Source: Planctomycetota bacterium
GTDB taxonomy: Bacteria > Planctomycetota > Planctomycetia > Pirellulales > UBA7805
Direction: 5' to 3'
NCBI GenBank assembly: GCA_021413705.1
Contig: JAIOPX010000146.1
Location: 49,479 to 81,478, forward strand
Length of the DNA stretch: 32,000 bases
Shown here: piece by piece, positions 26,148 to 32,000 of the stretch
Numbering within the stretch: the stretch's first letter is position 1
How the letters are laid out: the number at the start of each line of letters is the position of its first letter
Notes under the pieces: model-generated
Databases searched by the model: none
What the model was told of the DNA's origin: nothing
Seen by the model: the letters and a program-made list of their open reading frames with translations, nothing else
Made by a program: the position numbers and the translations under genes

Positions 26148-26154
26148 AAGCGTA

Positions 26155-27069
26155 ATGTCCATACACACCACCATTCAGTGGACCGATGGCACTGTGAACC
26201 CCACTATGGGTTGCGACGGCTGCCCCCTGTGGAATCGGCTTAACAAGCGCTGTTACGCCGGCAAAACTACACGACGGTTTGGCGGCACGAACCCGGGTCT
26301 CGCAAAGAACTTTGATGTCGTCGAGCTGGCACCAGGGCGAATGGCAATGGCAACTTGTTGGCGCGACCTTTCTGGTACAGCCCGACGTGACAAACCGTGG
26401 CTAAACGATCTGCCTCGCCTCATTTTTGTTTCGGACATGTCAGACGCGCTTTCGCAATCAGTCACGTTCGGGTACCTTCGCCAAGAAATCATCGAGCAGG
26501 TTAGCAGCGAATTGGGCCGCCGTCACCAATGGCAGTGGTTGACCAAGCGACCGGCCCGTATGGCCCGCTTCTCTCGCTGGCTGACGCAGCAAGGGGTAGA
26601 TTGGCCAACCAATCTTTGGGCAGGCACCAGCATAATGACACAGTCCATGACGAAGGGAATCAATCATCTTCTTAATGTGGGCGACGAACGCACTATTCGT
26701 TTTCTTTCCGTCGAGCCGCAGTGGGAGTCGATCGACCTTAGCCAATGGTTGCCTCAACTCGATTGGGTGATCCAGGGCGGAGAATCCGGGGCCGTCGACC
26801 ACCCGTTTGATCTGGCCTGGGCAGATGAATTGTTTGAACAGTGTGCTGAGTCCGGTGTGGCATACTTCTTGAAGCAACTCGGTACCTGCGTCCGTGAGGA
26901 TGGTGAACGTCTGCGGTTTGCGGATCGCCACGGTGGCGATTGGTCCCAATGGCCGCGGCGGCTTCGTGTGCGTCAAATGCCTATCAACGCAACCACCAAA
27001 CACCGTGGAGTGCGTGGGCGACACGTTGACGCTGACCTGCGTCGCCCAGCTTTCAACTTGGCGAAATAG
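26155..27069 (+). CDS. DUF5131 (phage Gp37/Gp68 family) protein
   Basis: The N-terminus IQWTDGTVNPTMGCDGCPLW…RCYAG matches the family hallmark (I/E)WTDxTWNPxxGC…C…CYA. FVSDMSD, FLSVEPQ and WVIQGGESG are also typical. I chose the ATG at 26155 (with a ribosome-binding site) over the track start at 26113. Confidence 0.85.
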   Translation: MSIHTTIQWTDGTVNPTMGCDGCPLWNRLNKRCYAGKTTRRFGGTNPGLAKNFDVVELAPGRMAMATCWRDLSGTARRDKPWLNDLPRLIFVSDMSDALSQSVTFGYLRQEIIEQVSSELGRRHQWQWLTKRPARMARFSRWLTQQGVDWPTNLWAGTSIMTQSMTKGINHLLNVGDERTIRFLSVEPQWESIDLSQWLPQLDWVIQGGESGAVDHPFDLAWADELFEQCAESGVAYFLKQLGTCVREDGERLRFADRHGGDWSQWPRRLRVRQMPINATTKHRGVRGRHVDADLRRPAFNLAK

Positions 27070-27455
27070 TCCCGGAACTTAATTAAAGTATCGCTATTGG
27101 ACTGTCGCGACGATGTTTCCTGCCCAGGGATGGGCGGGGGCATTGTGTTCCGTCGTATGCAGAACTGAGCCGATGTACGCATCTACTTCGGGTTGTCGCG
27201 GTCACAGGCGAGAGTTGGTGGTTGGCGTTGCCAGGCAAACTGCTGTCCCTGGCGAACATCAGGGCGAAACACACGACTGGGCAGCAGCGACCAACGCGTG
27301 GTAACATGCGTCGTTGAAACGGTATAAGTATGGGCCACCCGATGGGACTCGTCTCAACGATGACGTTACCCATTTTGAGGAATGTGGGCACAGTCTGACC
27401 GCGAATCACCATCGTGCCGGACGGGGCTCTTAACGGTGGAGTGTGTTACCGCGCA

Positions 27456-27911
27456 ATGCAAATCTGGGTAGATGCCGACGCCTGTCCCGGCGTCATCAAG
27501 GAACTGCTATTTCGGGCCGCGAATCGAACAAAGACCAAGGTCACGCTGGTCGCCAATCAGTCCATGGTCACGCCGCGTTCCGAGTTCATCGACAGCTTGC
27601 TCGTATCGGGTGGGATGAACGTCGCCGATCGGCGCATTGTGGAACTGGTTGTGCCGGGCGATCTTGTGATTACGGCCGACATTCCGCTGGCTGCTGAAGT
27701 AGTCGCCAAGGGCGGACAGGCGCTCAACCCCCGCGGCGAACTGTACACTCACGACAACGTCGGCGAGCGGCTTGCCGTTCGGAATCTGCTGGATGAACTG
27801 CGCGGGGGAGGCCAGATCACAGGGGGACCGGCGAACTTCAGCGCCAACGATCGACAAGCGTTCGCGAATCAACTCGATCGCTGGCTGACTGCGGCGAGGG
27901 CTAAACAATAA
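27456..27911 (+). CDS. yaiI: YaiI/YqxD family protein (UPF0178, DUF188)
   Basis: [24 protein letters not shown]…LVANQ…[14 protein letters not shown]…ALNPRGE…TGGP…[13 protein letters not shown] is collinear with E. coli YaiI along its whole length. I chose the ATG at 27456 over the track GTG at 27414. Confidence 0.93.
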   Translation: MQIWVDADACPGVIKELLFRAANRTKTKVTLVANQSMVTPRSEFIDSLLVSGGMNVADRRIVELVVPGDLVITADIPLAAEVVAKGGQALNPRGELYTHDNVGERLAVRNLLDELRGGGQITGGPANFSANDRQAFANQLDRWLTAARAKQ

Positions 27912-27972
27912 TGACATAGCGCGTTCGCCCGAGCTTGGTTGCTCCCGTGGGACAGTCTCGACAGTGTATCCG

Positions 27973-29721
27973 CTAAGGGACGGGCGGGTGCATGTTTAGA
28001 TGGTCAGCAGATGCATAAGCAGGCCAGCTCTGAAGGCGAGCGTCTTCGACGTGGACGCCGACCGTGAAGTGGTAGAGGTCCTGAAACTGGCTATCCACCA
28101 GTCCTAGAATCTCGTGAACAGGATCGTCGAAGTAGCAGCCAATTCCTGTGGAACGAGCCCCGGCAGCCTCGGCTTCCAGATATAGGACCTGACCGATCAT
28201 GCCCGCTTCCCAGAACAGGTTGCGATAGAACCAGGGACCGTAGTGGCGAATTGGTTCGGCAAAATCAGCAAGCATGCCCAGGCTGAAAAACCCATCGGCC
28301 GCGATGTCCTGGTGACAACTGACCTCCTCCGCCGTTTTTCGACAGTCCGCCCTGGTCAGCAAATACAGCGGAAAGTCCTCAGGCACCCCCGGCGGGGTTT
28401 TCCAGACAAAAGTGTTGTGCATCGCATTTCTGAGTGCGTCTATTTTGGTGGGATCGCGGACCAGGGCGTAGATGCCGGGCGCGACGTCGTCAACGCGGTG
28501 GACGAAGAGTACCAAGTGAATCATGGGCGGCCAATAAAGCGCATCCCAGGGCGGATGCGCCCCTGGCAACGTGCTGCCCAGGATTCGCAGAAAGTTGTCC
28601 CGCGATGTCCGGCTCGATCCGTCAAGCGCCAGGCAGCTCCGCCGGTGATAAATGATCTGTCGGGCGTCGCAGTTCGTGCGCGGGAGACTTGCAGGAGGCC
28701 ATTCAGAGAGGTGCTGCGAAGGTATTGCTAGCGCCGCCTCCCTTGGTTTTCGTGTCGCGAGCGTCACCTCGTCGATGACCGGCCACGGAACATGTTCCCG
28801 GCTGAGTCGGTTGGCGCGACCGTGCCAGTCCGCGGATTGGATCTTGTGGATCAGCTCCTTCGACGGCGACGACAACGACGGTGAGGGCGTGCCATCCGTC
28901 GTGGTGGTAATCAGGGCGAGAACCTCGGGCTCCTCGTGCTCCTCAGGAACAAAGTCCTGCTGGCGATCGAGCCCCAGCAGCGACGCTACATCCTCAGTGG
29001 ACCAAGTCGGGACCAGCGTGAGCTGCCAGCCGCACAACGCGGCAGAAATCCGCAGTGCCGCGATGGCATGTCCGATGTCGTGTTGGCAATAACGAAATGC
29101 CCGCTCGCCGTACTTCCAAGCCTCCCGCCAAATGATGGAACTCAGGCCGACGATAAAAAAGGTTCTTGGTTGATGTCCCATCACTTCCTGCCAGACTTCG
29201 TGTGGGAACGTCGCGCGAAGTTCCAACGCGTGGCTTTCTGAGACGTAGTGATATAGCGACGGTGTGGCGTCTGGGGAGAGCGCCGACAGCAAAAGATACG
29301 CTTCTGTGGGATGCAGGTTTCCGCTGGAGGGATTGACCCGCAGTGCCCAGCTTTTCTCGCCAGCTTGTTTCCAGGCGGAGAGCGCCAGGCTGTAAAAGAA
29401 GAAGTCGGACAAGGTTTCCAGGTTGAGCGGCGCTGGCGGCAGGGGTTCTGGCCGGTAAATCTGATCGTATTCAATAGGTGGCAACTTTCGGTTCAACTCC
29501 AACCGCGTGGAGGAAGTTCCCTCATAATATCGAAACGGATGGGGCTGATTTGCCCAATCCAAGTATCCCAGGGCAGCCGCATAGCGGTCGAAGCGATGTT
29601 TGCTGCGTTGATGGTACGCGTCTACGGTGGTCAAAAAGTTCATCGGGTGCTTCGCCGAGTCATTTAATGTTCGCTGAGGCAGTGGTACCATTTTATTGGA
29701 GATCACGGCTGTGCCCAGCAT
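27973..29721 (-). CDS. SagB/ThcOx-family dehydrogenase (two nitroreductase-like domains)
   Basis: YHQRSKH near the N-terminus, PSSGNLHPTEAYLL, YHRRSCLALDG (an RRSxR-like motif), and a C-terminal nitroreductase core AGMIGQVLYLEAEAAGARSTGIGCYFDD. The start is uncertain (ATG 29721, 29691 or 29643). Confidence 0.8.
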   Translation of the reverse strand: MLGTAVISNKMVPLPQRTLNDSAKHPMNFLTTVDAYHQRSKHRFDRYAAALGYLDWANQPHPFRYYEGTSSTRLELNRKLPPIEYDQIYRPEPLPPAPLNLETLSDFFFYSLALSAWKQAGEKSWALRVNPSSGNLHPTEAYLLLSALSPDATPSLYHYVSESHALELRATFPHEVWQEVMGHQPRTFFIVGLSSIIWREAWKYGERAFRYCQHDIGHAIAALRISAALCGWQLTLVPTWSTEDVASLLGLDRQQDFVPEEHEEPEVLALITTTTDGTPSPSLSSPSKELIHKIQSADWHGRANRLSREHVPWPVIDEVTLATRKPREAALAIPSQHLSEWPPASLPRTNCDARQIIYHRRSCLALDGSSRTSRDNFLRILGSTLPGAHPPWDALYWPPMIHLVLFVHRVDDVAPGIYALVRDPTKIDALRNAMHNTFVWKTPPGVPEDFPLYLLTRADCRKTAEEVSCHQDIAADGFFSLGMLADFAEPIRHYGPWFYRNLFWEAGMIGQVLYLEAEAAGARSTGIGCYFDDPVHEILGLVDSQFQDLYHFTVGVHVEDARLQSWPAYASADHLNMHPPVP

Positions 29722-29742
29722 ACCGCGTTGGAATCAGATCGT

Positions 29743-29749
29743 AAGGAGG
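29743..29749 (+). promoter_or_regulatory. Shine-Dalgarno (AAGGAGG) for the pterin dehydratase gene
   Basis: AAGGAGG lies 8 nt upstream of the ATG at 29758. Confidence 0.5.
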
Positions 29750-29757
29750 CCAAGTTC

Positions 29758-30102
29758 ATGCCAGAAGATCATGTCCTGACCAAATCCGAGCTGAACGACG
29801 CCCTGGCCGGTCTACCGGACTGGGAGGTCCGCGAGGGTTGGTTGCGGCGCACATACACGACGCCCGGCTGGCCGCACACGATGATGCTGACCGCCACGAT
29901 CGGCTATCTAGCTGAGGCTGCCTGGCATCACCCGGACCTGAGCATCGGCTACGCCAAGGTGACGGTCAAGCTGCAAACCCACCGCGTGCGGGCGATCACG
30001 AACAGCGATGTTGAACTCGCCAGGCAGATAGACCAGGTTGTGCTGTGGAAACCGACCTCAGGCGGAGCACTGGAAGGATTTCCGAAGAAATGGGTGCATT
30101 GA
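29758..30102 (+). CDS. phhB: Pterin-4a-carbinolamine dehydratase (PCD/DCoH family)
   Basis: 114 aa. LTKSELNDALAGLPDWEV…LRRTYTT…AEAAWHHPDL…VTVKLQTH has the family's typical length, the HHPD motif and the family's typical ordering of these segments. I chose the ATG with a ribosome-binding site over the track start at 29728. Confidence 0.85.
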   Translation: MPEDHVLTKSELNDALAGLPDWEVREGWLRRTYTTPGWPHTMMLTATIGYLAEAAWHHPDLSIGYAKVTVKLQTHRVRAITNSDVELARQIDQVVLWKPTSGGALEGFPKKWVH

Positions 30103-30147
30103 TGACCACAGTTGTCAATAAGTGCCTCCTCACCGTTAGGTTGCCGA

Positions 30148-31335
30148 ATGATCCTCCACGTTGACATGGACGCCTTCTACGCCTCGGTCGAGGAGCGCGA
30201 TCGCCCCGAACTGAAGGGCAAGCCGGTCATCGTGGGCGGCACACCCGGTCAACGCGGCGTGGTGGCGGCGGCCAATTATGAAGCCCGCAAGTTCGGCGTC
30301 CACAGTGCCATGCCGTCATCGACGGCGTACAGGCTTTGTCCGCAAGCCATTGTCCTGCCCTGCCGCATGGACCACTATGCCCAGGTCTCCCACCAGATCC
30401 GCGACATCTTCCACCGCTATACGCCGCTGGTGGAACCCCTGTCGCTGGACGAGGCGTTCTTGGACGTGACTGGCAGCGAGGCCCTGTTCGGGCGCTCAGA
30501 GTCGATCGGGCATCAGGTCAAAGACGCCATTCGCCAGGAGATTAGCTTGATTGCCTCCGTCGGCGTGGCCCCCAACAAGTTCCTGGCCAAGATCGCCAGC
30601 GACCTGAACAAGCCAGATGGTTTTACGGTGGTTTCCCCGCTGGCGATCCAAGAGTTCCTTGATCCTTTGCCCGTGGAACGCCTGTGGGGTGTGGGGCGTC
30701 AGACCAGCAAGGTCTTTCACGGCCTGGGCGTGCGCGCTATTGGCCAATTGCGTCAGCTCACACCAACCCTTCTCAAAAGCCATTTTGGCGGCCACGGCGA
30801 ACATTTGTGGGAACTGGCGCACGGGATTGATCCCCGTCCTGTCGTGCCAGACCGCGAGGCTAAGTCCATTTCCCACGAGACGACCTTCGCGCAGGATATT
30901 GACGATCAGGAAACGCTGCGGGCTTGGCTGTTGGAATTGACTGAGCAGGTGGCCCGCCGGCTGCGACGGCATGATTTGCGGGGCCAAACCGTCGAAATTA
31001 AGGTTCGATTCGCCGACTTCCGAACCATCACCCGTTCCCGCAAGTTGTCAGAAGCCACCAGCGGGACCAGCGAGCTATGGGAAGCTGTCAACGAGTTGCT
31101 CAATACGCGGGTACCTGGCGATCGTCTGCCTGTGCGCTTGCTGGGGATGGGCGTCAGCGACATTGATCGTTCGGGTGTGACGCAGGGACAACTTTTTGAT
31201 CAAGAGGATCGCGGTAAGCAGGGCAAGCTCGACGAGGTGGGAGACATGCTTCGTGAACGGTTTGGCTCTCAGGCCCTTCGCCGGGGTAGTGCCTTAGAGC
31301 ATAAGGCGCGGCACCTGCCGAAGCCAAACCAATGA
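30148..31335 (+). CDS. dinB: DNA polymerase IV (Y-family translesion polymerase)
   Basis: MILHVDMDAFYASVEERDRPELKGKPVIVGG…RGVVAAANYEARKFGVHSAMP…SLDEAFLDVTG…ASVGVAPNKFLAKIASDLNKPDG is the canonical DinB signature. I chose the ATG at 30148 over the track TTG at 30112. Confidence 0.95.
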   Translation: MILHVDMDAFYASVEERDRPELKGKPVIVGGTPGQRGVVAAANYEARKFGVHSAMPSSTAYRLCPQAIVLPCRMDHYAQVSHQIRDIFHRYTPLVEPLSLDEAFLDVTGSEALFGRSESIGHQVKDAIRQEISLIASVGVAPNKFLAKIASDLNKPDGFTVVSPLAIQEFLDPLPVERLWGVGRQTSKVFHGLGVRAIGQLRQLTPTLLKSHFGGHGEHLWELAHGIDPRPVVPDREAKSISHETTFAQDIDDQETLRAWLLELTEQVARRLRRHDLRGQTVEIKVRFADFRTITRSRKLSEATSGTSELWEAVNELLNTRVPGDRLPVRLLGMGVSDIDRSGVTQGQLFDQEDRGKQGKLDEVGDMLRERFGSQALRRGSALEHKARHLPKPNQ

Positions 31336-31641
31336 CGGAGTGTTTTCCCCCGATTTGCAAATACCCCTGGAGCGACAGGCTGCGCATGCCCTTACTGGCC
31401 GTTCGGGTGGTGATTCGGGCCTTCACCAGTGGAGTCGAACACAAATGAGCAGAACGGCCCGTCCGCCAAAGCCCTCATGCGATTTCCGCAGTTAATTGCT
31501 ACGGTACTGAAGGTGCAAATAACTTCGACATTCTCTCGTTGTGCCCACTGATTAGATACGAACTTTGCCCCCATTTTCAGCCGGCTTCCGCACTTATTAG
31601 AATCAATGTCTTTGCAGCCCTCTGCCAGTCGAGGTGAAACC

Positions 31642-31863
31642 ATGGAACTGATTGCAGCAACCCAAACGCTAAGCAATGCAGAAGAGAAGAACAACGAGAA
31701 GTTGACAAGGGAAATCGAAAATGCGGCCACCGAGCTACTGGCGCTCTGTGACGGCGACATCAAACGGGCACTGTCGTATCTGGAGGCCAGTTACGAGGTC
31801 AATTGGGAGAGCGGCGCTGGTGCGAGTCACGACATGGCGGTAGATCACTTCCCTTCGCCGTAA
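31642..31863 (+). CDS. Possible small hypothetical protein (73 aa)
   Basis: GAGGTG lies 5 nt upstream of the ATG at 31642, and the ORF is helical-looking and acidic (MELIAATQTLSNAEEKNNEKLTREIENAATELLALCDGDIKRALSYLEASYEV…). It competes with an antisense ORF (31392-31763, minus strand), so the call is weak. Confidence 0.3.
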   Translation: MELIAATQTLSNAEEKNNEKLTREIENAATELLALCDGDIKRALSYLEASYEVNWESGAGASHDMAVDHFPSP

Positions 31864-32000
31864 GCGGCCAGGGGCGGTGGCAGTCCTAATTCGCTCTCGA
31901 CCAGGATGGCCGTGGCCTCCATTGCGCTGCGAATATCAAATATCGTGCCTTCCGTCAAAAAGATCTGACGCGGGCCGCTATAGAGCGTCCAGCGGAAGCC
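31845..32000 (-). CDS. Possible 3' end of a minus-strand gene running off the window (last 51 codons)
   Basis: My own reverse-strand reading from 32000 is open for 51 codons (…WTLYSGPRQIFLTEGTIFDIRSAMEATAILVESELGLPPPLAAYGEGK) to a TGA at 31847-31845. It is too short and truncated to identify. Confidence 0.25.
   Translation of the reverse strand, partial: GFRWTLYSGPRQIFLTEGTIFDIRSAMEATAILVESELGLPPPLAAYGEGK

Noticed and set aside
26113-26154. Upstream track starts for four genes: 26113 (DUF5131), 27414 (yaiI), 29728 (PCD) and 30112 (dinB).
   Set aside because: In each case a downstream ATG coincides with the conserved family N-terminus ([18 protein letters not shown], and MILHVDMDAFYAS for DUF5131, yaiI and dinB). 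The DUF5131 and PCD ATGs also follow a Shine-Dalgarno sequence. The extensions use GTG or TTG, or add non-conserved residues.
27083-27412. 109-aa minus-strand ORF (and 26973-27182, minus strand) in the gap between the DUF5131 gene and yaiI.
   Set aside because: There are no motifs, the composition is odd (Cys/Arg/Pro-rich second half) and I see no ribosome-binding site. It could be a decayed gene remnant, but I cannot support a call.
31392-31763. 123-aa minus-strand ORF after dinB.
   Set aside because: Its N-terminal half is Ser/Ala/Phe-rich low complexity and it overlaps a plus-strand ORF that has a good ribosome-binding site. Neither is convincing, so I listed only the plus-strand one, at low confidence.
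1-32000. Looked for tRNA/rRNA genes, CRISPR repeats, IS elements, integrases, and terminal inverted or direct repeats flanking the inserted cargo genes.
   Set aside because: I saw no regularly spaced repeats, no tRNA-like T-arm signatures, no DDE or tyrosine-recombinase-like ORFs, and no repeated junction sequences at 3738/4611 or 8333/11510. This check was by eye only; a repeat-finder and tRNAscan/Infernal run would be decisive.

Overview
Positions 28-21331, all on the + strand, hold a complete type 2 BREX / Pgl phage-exclusion locus in the canonical order pglW-pglX-pglY-pglZ-brxD-brxHI. Four same-strand cargo genes that look lower in G+C by eye interrupt it at two junctions. Between pglW and pglX sits a 278-aa orphan with an R[H]xxxH HEPN-type motif. 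Between pglX and pglY sits a tightly packed three-gene cassette: a 259-aa protein whose ATG overlaps the pglX stop and whose motifs resemble the RlmJ methyltransferase fold but with DPDN in place of DPPY, a 171-aa orphan, and a DUF262/DUF1524 GmrSD/BrxU-like type IV restriction enzyme. Downstream (about 21.4-27.1 kb) is a lower-G+C accessory stretch. It holds a putative RecB/Cas4-like PD-(D/E)xK nuclease with an inserted winged helix. It also holds a minus-strand two-gene operon (stand-alone Hanks-type Ser/Thr kinase plus a 399-aa unknown, 5-nt spacer) that converges on and overlaps the nuclease gene, a 271-aa orphan, and a lone DUF5131 (phage Gp37/Gp68) gene. The last 5 kb looks like ordinary chromosome: yaiI, a two-domain SagB/ThcOx-type nitroreductase, pterin-4a-carbinolamine dehydratase and dinB. 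I saw no rRNA, tRNA, CRISPR array, integrase, transposase or terminal repeats. The best candidates for undescribed biology are (i) the pglX-coupled three-gene cassette at 8330-11480, (ii) the kinase + 399-aa pair with the convergent nuclease at 21499-24307, and (iii) the HEPN-like insert at 3751-4587. All family assignments come from motifs read by eye in the supplied translations. No searches were run.
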